Below are positions 43,927 to 52,178 of a stretch of DNA of 54,618 nucleotides, one piece after another (position 1 is the stretch's first letter; each line of letters opens with the position of its first letter). Location of the stretch: IMG/VR virus record IMGVR_UViG_3300025759_000009, positions 1-54,618 of that record; one strand, 5' to 3'. Below the pieces are notes generated by a model. The model was given only the letters and a program-made list of their open reading frames with translations. It had not been told where the DNA came from and did not search any database. This stretch comes from a virus. Lineage: Duplodnaviria; Caudoviricetes. A program made the translations under genes and the position numbers.

Positions 43927-44505
43927 TTATGCCAGACCCGCAGTGCCAGCACTGAACAGGTGATTGTTGATTTTTACGATCACGTTAGTGTTCGCAGACG
44001 AAACATCGCTGTTCTCAGGGTCTTGAGAAATGTCGATGGCTTTCAACGGCAATGTTGCCGTCACAGCGCCAGTAGACACAGCCAATTCCAAGCGAGAAGT
44101 ACCAGATGTGGTATCTCCTACTGGGGATTGGTCAACGATGTCAAAGTTACCAGCCAAATCAGCTACTGGGAAAGCAGCGTTGGCTTGTACTTCGAATGTT
44201 GCACCCGGATCATCAATAACATTTGCCATGATGTCGGAAGCAGCAACGCCACCGGGGTAGCTGTTTGCATATGTTGGCTTGCCAGTTGTTGGATCAGTAT
44301 AGAAGCAACCGTTGAATACGCCAAGGATCAAACCTGATCCTCCTGCTGCAACACGCTCAATACCACCACCTGTTACCATTGCGACAAGATCGCCTTGGAA
44401 AATGGCAGTTGCGTAGCTTGAAGCAATGCGGTAGCGATTCTGCTGCTGCGAACTAATACTTGTACGAACTGGACGAAGGCCAAAAGAAGCGTCTTGATTA
44501 GACAT
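43927..44505 (-). CDS. Capsid-associated (cement/decoration) protein
   Basis: N.DA.FGLRP, IFQGDLV, GVFNGC.YTDPTT.KP; directly upstream of the MCP. Confidence 0.75.
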   Translation of the reverse strand: MSNQDASFGLRPVRTSISSQQQNRYRIASSYATAIFQGDLVAMVTGGGIERVAAGGSGLILGVFNGCFYTDPTTGKPTYANSYPGGVAASDIMANVIDDPGATFEVQANAAFPVADLAGNFDIVDQSPVGDTTSGTSRLELAVSTGAVTATLPLKAIDISQDPENSDVSSANTNVIVKINNHLFSAGTAGLA

Positions 44506-44511
44506 AGCTTA

Positions 44512-44979
44512 TTATCCTTCAGATGATCTGCCCTTGGCAGCGCCAAAAGAGACAGAAGATTTACGTTGCGGACTCAGCTTCGGCATAGCTGGATTGTTTT
44601 CACGCATCCAGTCACGATCCACTGCGTCCAATTGGTTTTTAGAAACACCTTGATAGTGTTTATTCCGCTGTTCAGCCATTTCGTTGGGGATGCGTGCGAG
44701 AACAAGTCCACCAACACCAATGATGCCAGCGTTGCGTCCCTCATCTACTACAGGCCCTACATATTCGGGATATTCCTCAGCGCGAACGAGGTCCCAGCCT
44801 TCTTGCCGTTTCTTGTGTACGTTAGTTTTGTCATCGAATTCCATTACAGATTCTCGAATCCAGCGGTGCTTATAACCGATTGGTGGTTCAGGAGCTTCCA
44901 AAGCAGAACCGGGTCGCCATTCTTGAACGCGCTCTGCGCGCTCCCGCGTGTTTGTTTCGCGTGGTGTACGATCTGCCAT
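44512..44979 (-). CDS. Conserved head-module protein
   Basis: W.P.S.L.APEPP.GY.HRWIR, EGW.LVRA.EYP, GVGGL.LARIP. Confidence 0.8.
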   Translation of the reverse strand: MADRTPRETNTRERAERVQEWRPGSALEAPEPPIGYKHRWIRESVMEFDDKTNVHKKRQEGWDLVRAEEYPEYVGPVVDEGRNAGIIGVGGLVLARIPNEMAEQRNKHYQGVSKNQLDAVDRDWMRENNPAMPKLSPQRKSSVSFGAAKGRSSEG

Positions 44980-44980
44980 T

Positions 44981-45922
44981 TTAATCTCTCCGACTACTAA
45001 TTTTAGCGACTTCTTTTGCGTACTTTTCAAGAGGAATCCTCATCTTTTTCGCAAATGCCACTTGTCCCGGTGTTAATTCCACCGCCTTCTTCCGCCCTGA
45101 TTTTACTGACCGTCCACTGGACGCAGGAGCAACAGTCTGAGCGTTGGACCGCTTCTCCCGATTAAATTTCTGAGGCATTTCTCTGCGCATACGAGAGTCG
45201 ATTTCTTTGTAGTAATCGTCTGACGTAGGGTCAAAGTCCTCTTCAAGAACAAGCTGTTCATGAATAGCCTGAGCAGCGCGCGTCATGATGCGGTCACTGC
45301 CAAACCAAGAATTCTTTTCCAACCAGCCTTCGAGCTTAGGATCACGAGGCGGTGGTGCTTGAGGCGCAGGCTGTCGCGGAAGAGCTTGCTGCGCTTGTTG
45401 TTGCTGTTGTTGAGCAATTTGTTGATTGCGCTGAAGTTTTGCCTTCTGCGCACGAACTTTTTCCTTAGCTACGGCAATTTGAGACAACGCTTGCTGCGCT
45501 TTTGCAGCTTTTTCGTAATCTCCAGCCTCACTAGCTTCGGCGTATGCGCGAGTAGCTTGAACTTCCTGAGCTTTCAAACGGTTTTCAGTTTCAGAATTAT
45601 AACCAACACTCATTTGCTGCAAACGCTGCTTCATTTGAGCGTTTTCTTGCTGCATGTTTTGAGCATACTGAACCGCAGCCTGAGCCTCTTCAGCCGCCTG
45701 CTTACGTTTTGCTGTTAGTTGGTTAATACGGCGCTGGACAGACTCGCTATAATTTTCAAGCTCATCATCGCCATTAGATTTTTTACGAACATTTGTTCGG
45801 GTTTCTTCGCTATCCTCATCAGATGCGGCAACCTCGTACTCATCAGATGGGTCCTCTTCGACCTCAACAGATGCGCCGTTTTCAAATTCGTCGTCTTCAC
45901 GAATATCTTCAGCCATAGCCAT
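44981..45922 (-). CDS. Capsid scaffolding protein
   Basis: Acidic N-terminus, coiled coil, W..KN.WFG, YY.EID.RMR, and C-terminal V.LTP.QVA.AKK..IPLE.YAK. Confidence 0.8.
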   Translation of the reverse strand: MAMAEDIREDDEFENGASVEVEEDPSDEYEVAASDEDSEETRTNVRKKSNGDDELENYSESVQRRINQLTAKRKQAAEEAQAAVQYAQNMQQENAQMKQRLQQMSVGYNSETENRLKAQEVQATRAYAEASEAGDYEKAAKAQQALSQIAVAKEKVRAQKAKLQRNQQIAQQQQQQAQQALPRQPAPQAPPPRDPKLEGWLEKNSWFGSDRIMTRAAQAIHEQLVLEEDFDPTSDDYYKEIDSRMRREMPQKFNREKRSNAQTVAPASSGRSVKSGRKKAVELTPGQVAFAKKMRIPLEKYAKEVAKISSRRD

Positions 45923-45942
45923 GTTCCTTGTTCTCCCCTACA

Positions 45943-46431
45943 TTATACATATGAAATGTCTTTTGGGTCAAGAATCGTGGCGATAATATTATCGTCATTT
46001 ATGATACGAACCTCAAGACCTTCCACTTTGAACCTATTTCCACTATATCTTCCTATAAGAACCCAATCTTTCTCATTACACCAAGGACCATTTGGGAACT
46101 TCTGGGCGTCCGCATAGGCATCTGGACCTAGCTTGACAACATAAGCCGCTACTGTTGCGAACGACTCACGCTCACGCACGGCGTCAGGAACAATAATTCC
46201 GCCCTTTGTGCGCTCACTTGGATAATAGGGAATAATTAAAACGCGGTATCCTGTAGGTTGTGGTAGCCGCGCCAGTGCAGAAGTATCCATAGTCGATGGG
46301 TCTTCTGCGTTTTTGTCTTCGCCACTTTTACCAAACGCATTATCAAGCGGTTTTGGTATTGATGTGTTTTCTTGTATTGCCTTTTTTGCTGCTTTAGCAA
46401 CGTGATCAGGCACAAATAACTTGCTAGTCAT
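45943..46431 (-). CDS. groES: Co-chaperonin GroES-like protein
   Basis: P.PTGYRVLI, T.GGII.PD, V.LGP.AY, D.V...RY.G, RIINDD.I.A. Confidence 0.9.
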   Translation of the reverse strand: MTSKLFVPDHVAKAAKKAIQENTSIPKPLDNAFGKSGEDKNAEDPSTMDTSALARLPQPTGYRVLIIPYYPSERTKGGIIVPDAVRERESFATVAAYVVKLGPDAYADAQKFPNGPWCNEKDWVLIGRYSGNRFKVEGLEVRIINDDNIIATILDPKDISYV

Positions 46432-46621
46432 CTGCGTACTCCATACCTTTCATCGCGGTTTTAATTTCGTCTTCGACGTAGGCCATTCCGCGTATTTCGC
46501 CTACTATATACCGATACTCTTCAAAGGTTTGTATCGAACCATCCGCGAGCTTGTCCTTCAGACGCGCATCACGCTCTCTTATGCTTTTCAGCAAATAATC
46601 TACTAAGTGTATAGCATCCAT
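46424..46621 (-). CDS. Small hypothetical protein
   Basis: EEYRY.VGEIRG motif; ATG 46621. Confidence 0.75.
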   Translation of the reverse strand: MDAIHLVDYLLKSIRERDARLKDKLADGSIQTFEEYRYIVGEIRGMAYVEDEIKTAMKGMEYADD

Positions 46622-46673
46622 GCCACATATAGTATGGCAATGTGCGGGAAACACAAGTACAAATACCAGAAAG

Positions 46674-46799
46674 TCAGAATATTCCTCGGAATATCTGGGG
46701 TCTGGCTATTTTGCTAAACCTACTTATTTTTTTTGGCTGCGGCTTTTTTCTTTGCGGCAGGCTTTTTCTTGGCTTTTGGCTTTTCAACCCACGCCTCAT
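46674..46799 (-). CDS. Overlapping basic micro-ORF (41 aa) ending SRFSKIARPQIFRGIF
   Basis: +1 frame inside 46720..46950; its C-terminal FxGxx tag resembles neighbouring small proteins. Confidence 0.45.
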   Translation of the reverse strand: MRRGLKSQKPRKSLPQRKKPQPKKISRFSKIARPQIFRGIF

Positions 46800-46950
46800 T
46801 TTCTGGCGTGCTTGGGTCGTCCTTGACGAAGTGCCCTGAGTCATTACGCGCCCTCACCATTTCTATTGCTACAGGATTTTCAGATGCGCGTTGAGCCACC
46901 TTTTTTTCTTTTTCCTGTTGCGCCATTTTTTCTCTAACAGAAGATGCCAT
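46720..46950 (-). CDS. Small protein with histone-like Lys/Ala tail
   Basis: RARND.GHFV.DDP.TPENEAW, KKPAAKKK. Confidence 0.75.
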   Translation of the reverse strand: MASSVREKMAQQEKEKKVAQRASENPVAIEMVRARNDSGHFVKDDPSTPENEAWVEKPKAKKKPAAKKKAAAKKNK

Positions 46951-46951
46951 A

Positions 46952-49468
46952 TCACTGACCTTTCATTGAAGCGTTAAGAGCGGCAATCTCGCGTTGAGAT
47001 TGAATGCGCTCTTCGGCAATTCTAGTCTTGTCTTCTAGAGCGGCTTCAGAAACATCAATGCGCTGCTGCGCTACCAATACATCGTTACGCTCTTTTTCTT
47101 CGTTGAACGCCTGCTTTGCATCAAACTCAAATTGTTTGCGCTGCAAATCTGCGGCCTTCAGTTGAAGCTCTTGATTGCGAATGTCCACCAAAGGATCACT
47201 TTCTGGTGCTTCAGGCTCCATAGCCTGCACAAGCTCTTCAGTAAGATCAGCAATAATCTGAGCCGCCAAAGCGTCAATCTGAGGCTGAATTTGCTGCATC
47301 ATCATTTGCTGTGGGTCCATCTGAGGTTGACCCGGTGGTGGGGGTGGCTGCATCATTGCCTGTTGCTGCATCATCTGCATTTGCTCAGGCGGAATCTGGC
47401 TCATAACCTCTTGCTGGGCCTGCGCCTCAGCCAATAGCCCTATGTGCTCCTGTATGTGACCTTGCAGCGCCATAATGGCGTTAGGGTTAAGCTGCATAGC
47501 AGGAGAGGACATCACAGCCATGTGAGCCTCTATGTGAGCCTCGTGGTCTTGCTGTGGGAAAGCCTGCAAAGGAGCGCCCATAATAGCGTTCTGGTTTTCC
47601 TTAGATGGGTTCACAGGAGGTGGTGGAGGCGGGGGTGGTGGCAAGATGCCATCAATGTTGTTTACGCCCAAAGCCTCGTACATCTTGCGGTATGCTTGAT
47701 ACAAGCCTTGAGGTCCGCCATGAATCTCTGGATTAGACTGAACCATCTGCAACTCTGTCTGTGCCAAAGCAATGCGCTGGGACATAGAAAAGATGTTAGG
47801 ATCGGATACAGGCAGTACATCAATGCGCTGGTCAAAATCCTGCACAAAGATTTCTGGACCCATCTGCATGTCCGCAGGGTACGGGTAAGCCTGAACTGTC
47901 TCTGCAAAAATCTTGGAAAGCAGCTTAAACTCAATCTTTTGAGAATAATGCAAACGCTTGTGAATCGCGGACATAACCTTCGTGCCACGTTCCATGATTG
48001 CCATCGTGGTGCCTACGGGCGTCTCACCGCTCATTTCACCGACCTTCATGTCAGCCATAGACGCAAACCTGCGGCCAGCATCAACAAGCGTGCCTAGCAG
48101 GTTGTAAAGCGTCCCTGAAGGCTCCTTGAAGGGGAGTGGCATCAAAGAGCCTTGCAGGGTGCCCCCAACCACATCAATGTCTCGGAATTCACCCGGTTGA
48201 AGTGGGTTGTCTTCATCACGAATGCGAGCACCGCGAGCCTTAAAGCCTGCGGGAAGGTTGGAGAGCGTGCCTGCATCAATCAACTGACGCAAGATAGACG
48301 TAGATGCCTGAGCCAAGCCACCAATCATGTGAGTTAAGCCAAGCCCATAGAACCCAAGACCCGGAAGAAACTTGTAATGCACAAAGTATTGCTTCGCACG
48401 TTTCATTGGGTCAATCGGATCATAGTTTCTACGAACAGATAAAACATCGCCGCTGTCAGCGATAACCGTAACGATATAAGGCAACTTCAAGCCTGTAGGC
48501 TCTCCATCAGCGCCCATATCTTCAAAGCCCTCGATGTCTAAAGACGTATGAACTTCGTAAAGCGTAATTTCTTCAGACGGGCCAGACGGGTGAATACCCT
48601 GAATATCATCAATTGACTCTTCAACTTCCCCCATGCTCGCTTCGTCGTAGCCAGCGGCATCAGGCAAGTCTATGTCTTTATAAAACCCAACAAGCTGCAA
48701 CTTGCGGATGTCATTCGAATCCATAGTTAAGCGGTGCGTAATGCGAGGAGACGAAATCAAGTCAGTCGCGCCGTAAGGCACAATTACATCCTCAGCATGA
48801 ATAAACTTGCTAACCGCACGACCCTTCAAAGGATCGAAGTAAACTTTCTTGAACGTAGAACCAATCACAGGCAAATAAAACAGCATCTGATCCAACTCAG
48901 GATCGTACTCTTCCATTTCGTAAGTGATCATGTAATTCATGTAGTCTTTAACACGCTCAGACTGGCGAGCCAAAATGTCATTCTGTGCGCCGACAACAGC
49001 CGTGCGAACAGGCCCAGTCGCTGGCAATAATTCACGATACGCTTGCGCTTGGAACTGTGTAACACTCTCAGCCAAAAGCGGATGAATAACGCCAGAAGAA
49101 CCCTCGAAAGGCTCAGAACGCTCTTCAGTCTTCATGCCTAAAAACTCAAGACCCTTTTTGTAAGTGTCTTCCCAGTCCTGACGTGCTGCAAAATCATCTT
49201 CAATCGAGCTAACAAGATCAGATGAAATAGACATTAAAACATCTTCATCAACCACATCAGCCAAGTTGCCGTCAAACGGAATATCTTGTACAGGCTCTGC
49301 CTCTTCTTCATACTCGCCAACAACAGCACTGCCGTCATCAAACTCAGTAATGCCCGGAGTTTCTGGAAGTTCAGGTATTTCCTGCATACGCGTAGTGTCC
49401 TCAACAGACGCCTCTATTAAAAGGTCCTCTGGAGCACCACCCGCGCCTAGTCCACGCTCAATCGCCAT
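46952..49468 (-). CDS. Portal protein (P22-like) with Pro/Gln/Met-rich C-terminal extension
   Basis: W...Y..GL..LG, HPLLAE.V.QFQAQAY.ELLP..GPV, GSTFKKVY.D, PGEFRD.D; follows TerL. Confidence 0.9.
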   Translation of the reverse strand: MAIERGLGAGGAPEDLLIEASVEDTTRMQEIPELPETPGITEFDDGSAVVGEYEEEAEPVQDIPFDGNLADVVDEDVLMSISSDLVSSIEDDFAARQDWEDTYKKGLEFLGMKTEERSEPFEGSSGVIHPLLAESVTQFQAQAYRELLPATGPVRTAVVGAQNDILARQSERVKDYMNYMITYEMEEYDPELDQMLFYLPVIGSTFKKVYFDPLKGRAVSKFIHAEDVIVPYGATDLISSPRITHRLTMDSNDIRKLQLVGFYKDIDLPDAAGYDEASMGEVEESIDDIQGIHPSGPSEEITLYEVHTSLDIEGFEDMGADGEPTGLKLPYIVTVIADSGDVLSVRRNYDPIDPMKRAKQYFVHYKFLPGLGFYGLGLTHMIGGLAQASTSILRQLIDAGTLSNLPAGFKARGARIRDEDNPLQPGEFRDIDVVGGTLQGSLMPLPFKEPSGTLYNLLGTLVDAGRRFASMADMKVGEMSGETPVGTTMAIMERGTKVMSAIHKRLHYSQKIEFKLLSKIFAETVQAYPYPADMQMGPEIFVQDFDQRIDVLPVSDPNIFSMSQRIALAQTELQMVQSNPEIHGGPQGLYQAYRKMYEALGVNNIDGILPPPPPPPPPVNPSKENQNAIMGAPLQAFPQQDHEAHIEAHMAVMSSPAMQLNPNAIMALQGHIQEHIGLLAEAQAQQEVMSQIPPEQMQMMQQQAMMQPPPPPGQPQMDPQQMMMQQIQPQIDALAAQIIADLTEELVQAMEPEAPESDPLVDIRNQELQLKAADLQRKQFEFDAKQAFNEEKERNDVLVAQQRIDVSEAALEDKTRIAEERIQSQREIAALNASMKGQ

Positions 49469-49911
49469 TAGAAAATATCCTTTTCGTTCCCCTCAAGCGG
49501 CTCATAAATGTCAACGTCATCGAAATCGGTGATAGGGCCACCCTTTTCCCAATCGTTACACACATTCTCCGCCATGCAGGTGAAGTCTAACTTTTCGCAG
49601 TACCCAACTTCATCGCCATCTTCCATGCCAATGCCACTTTGCACACAGTCCAGCATCTTAGAGCGAATGTTGTAATATTCGCAAGTGCCGCATATCTGCT
49701 TCTTCTTTTCCCAGTTTTTAACTGAGTGGCCGTAACCATTGTCCTGAATAGCAGCTTCACGATTCTCATCGTTGATTTTCGAATCTTGAGTGGAAAGAGG
49801 ACAAATGAAGTCCTCCTCCGTTTCATCGCCCTCAAAAACCTCGTCATCAACAACTTGGTTAATGCCAGACGTAAGCTCGTCCATGTCGATGTTGATAACG
49901 ATTTTAGCCAT
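49468..49911 (-). CDS. Acidic Cys-rich protein (HiPIP-like CxxC...C...CxxW spacing)
   Basis: CGTCEYY...GYCEKLDFTC....VCNDW. Confidence 0.7.
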   Translation of the reverse strand: MAKIVINIDMDELTSGINQVVDDEVFEGDETEEDFICPLSTQDSKINDENREAAIQDNGYGHSVKNWEKKKQICGTCEYYNIRSKMLDCVQSGIGMEDGDEVGYCEKLDFTCMAENVCNDWEKGGPITDFDDVDIYEPLEGNEKDIF

Positions 49912-50303
49912 TACTTTACTCCAGAAAACTTAGTGCCACTAACAGCAGCGCCACCGCCACGGCATACGCCGCCACCGTCTTTGTAGCCACGGACTTTACC
50001 GCCGCCCATATACTTCTTGACAGCCCCGCCCTCCATGTACTTCATGGCGGCGTCATTTCCGTAACTTCGAGCAATCATATCTCCATAAGTGTATGCTGAA
50101 GTTTTGCCACTCTCTTCGGGAGTTATTTTCCCTTCTTTTCTCCTATTCTTAATAGAACGGTCAATTAACCTTTCTATTTCCGCGCCTCGGGACGGGCGAT
50201 TGAGCATCTGTTCTTTTGCCTCGTCGGACATAAAAAGTTGAGCACCAGAACGGGCCTTTGAAGTCTTGAGCTTCTTTTTTCTCTTATCTGCATAATTAGC
50301 CAT
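49911..50303 (-). CDS. Small basic protein with repeated YxxGGxV motifs
   Basis: KYMEGGAV KKYMGGGKV RGYKDGGGV...GTKFSGVK. Confidence 0.75.
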   Translation of the reverse strand: MANYADKRKKKLKTSKARSGAQLFMSDEAKEQMLNRPSRGAEIERLIDRSIKNRRKEGKITPEESGKTSAYTYGDMIARSYGNDAAMKYMEGGAVKKYMGGGKVRGYKDGGGVCRGGGAAVSGTKFSGVK

Positions 50304-50683
50304 TAGCTTTGTCCTTTGTATTTTCCGCCGCGTCCCTTCATGACACAGCCCATCTTTGGTTTTTTCGTGCGCTTAGTCCTAACAGCACCGCCGCTCTCAA
50401 AGCCCATAGGCTTCTTCATGCCGCCACTTTTCTTCCGCAGCATATTCATGACTCGCATCTTATCAGCGTCAGAAATAGTCTTACCGGACTCACCCATGCC
50501 CTGATTGAGCAAACGCATTAAACCTTCTGGGCTATAGTTCTCAGCAGGGTCAATGCCGCGTGTACCACCGCTGGGACTGGCACCAATCATATTCGGACGC
50601 GCCATAGGACGCCTTGATTTCATAGGGGCAGAACTGCCCATCGCCTCTTGCAAGGCCCTCATGATTGCTTGTTTATCTGCCAT
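50303..50683 (-). CDS. Small Met/Lys-rich protein with FESGGAV motif
   Basis: AGGAGG SD; ends GGKYKGQS. Confidence 0.75.
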   Translation of the reverse strand: MADKQAIMRALQEAMGSSAPMKSRRPMARPNMIGASPSGGTRGIDPAENYSPEGLMRLLNQGMGESGKTISDADKMRVMNMLRKKSGGMKKPMGFESGGAVRTKRTKKPKMGCVMKGRGGKYKGQS

Positions 50684-50692
50684 AACAGCCTC

Positions 50693-52174
50693 CTAATAAT
50701 ACTCGCGCTTGCGCCGCATAAACGCAGCCTCTTCTTCGTCATCATAGTCGGATGGAGTCATGATAAACCCACCCTGTCTAAAACGTAGTATAGCCTGTGT
50801 CATCGAATCCGCCAAGTCATCATGTTCACCATTGGGAAAAGCAGCACATTCTTCCATAACTTCATCAGAAAAATTAGTCTCAGGTGCCCAAACCATACCA
50901 CTCTCAAACACAGGCGCACACGCGTGCATACGCGTAAACTTATCAGCACCACGGCTCGGAGTAAACGGCGTCACGGGAATTCCCATACGGCGCAATTCCT
51001 GCGTCAAAGGCATACCACTCGCCTTCTGCTCAACCAAAACCATGTCAGGCTCATAGAGCTTATAAGACTCTAAAGCCGCTTCTTTTAGCTCAGGAAACTC
51101 CCAGCGACCACGCTCCGCGTCCAAAAGGATAATATCATCCTGACGCGTCTCCTCATTGTGAAATATACCCCAAGTCGTAATCGCACTGTAGTCAGCACGG
51201 TCACTCTTACTAAACGCAGTATCATAACTCTGAATGATATAGCTACACGCAGGAGGGTCTTCCTTCTGCCACATCTGCCACCACTCACGCTTGATAATCG
51301 CACCCTCTTCAGCAGTAGGGTTCTGCATGTACTGAGCATTCCACTTGCCAACAGGAATAGAAGCCTTAACACCCTCTAACTCATCAAGCGTCCAATACTC
51401 AGGCCACAAAGGCTCACCAGAGGGCATGATCGCAGGAAACTCCACAACCTCCCACTTGTCAGCACCCTTTTCACCCTGCTTACTTAAAACCTTTGCTGTC
51501 AAATCACGAATCGACCAACGAGTCATAACAATGATAATCGAGCCACCGGGCTGTAAACGCTGACGTGGGCCAGATGTGTACCAATCGTAAATGTGGTCTA
51601 AAGCCGTTACACTTAACGCATCTTGTTCCGAAACAGGGTCGTCAATGATAGCCAAATCCGCACCACGGCCAGCAAGAGCGCCCCCCACGCCCACAGCATA
51701 ATACTCACCACCGCCGTTAGTGCTCCAACGACCACTCGCCTTAGCGTCACTAGCCAAGCTGACATTCGGGAAAACATCTTTAAAATCCTCACTCTCGATT
51801 AAGTTCTTGATCTTGCGACCAAAACCAACAGCCAACTCAGCCGTGTGAGTCGCCTGAATAATTTTCAAATCAGGACGACGACCCATCAACCAAGTTGGAA
51901 ACAAATAACTCGCAAACTCAGACTTCGTATGTCTCGGAGGCATGTTAACAATAAGCCGCTTTAACTTACCGTCAGCCACATCTTGCAGCTTCTGTGCATA
52001 AATCTTGTGATGCCTGCCCTCAATAAACTGAGGCCAAACATGCTTCACAAAATCCATAAAACCGCCCTGCTTCGTATTGCGGTCGTCAAGCGTCTTTAAA
52101 CGCTCCAACATAGGAGCAACCTTAGCTAACTCCTCGTCAGTTAGAAACTTGGAAAAGTCGCTAAGGTCATTCAT
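50693..52174 (-). CDS. terL: Terminase large subunit
   Basis: NMPPRHTKS Walker A, GRGADLAIIDDP Walker B, VMTRW, SYDTA, VEQKASG, FPNG.HDDL.DS nuclease motifs. Confidence 0.96.
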   Translation of the reverse strand: MNDLSDFSKFLTDEELAKVAPMLERLKTLDDRNTKQGGFMDFVKHVWPQFIEGRHHKIYAQKLQDVADGKLKRLIVNMPPRHTKSEFASYLFPTWLMGRRPDLKIIQATHTAELAVGFGRKIKNLIESEDFKDVFPNVSLASDAKASGRWSTNGGGEYYAVGVGGALAGRGADLAIIDDPVSEQDALSVTALDHIYDWYTSGPRQRLQPGGSIIIVMTRWSIRDLTAKVLSKQGEKGADKWEVVEFPAIMPSGEPLWPEYWTLDELEGVKASIPVGKWNAQYMQNPTAEEGAIIKREWWQMWQKEDPPACSYIIQSYDTAFSKSDRADYSAITTWGIFHNEETRQDDIILLDAERGRWEFPELKEAALESYKLYEPDMVLVEQKASGMPLTQELRRMGIPVTPFTPSRGADKFTRMHACAPVFESGMVWAPETNFSDEVMEECAAFPNGEHDDLADSMTQAILRFRQGGFIMTPSDYDDEEEAAFMRRKREYY

Positions 52175-52178
52175 CCTA

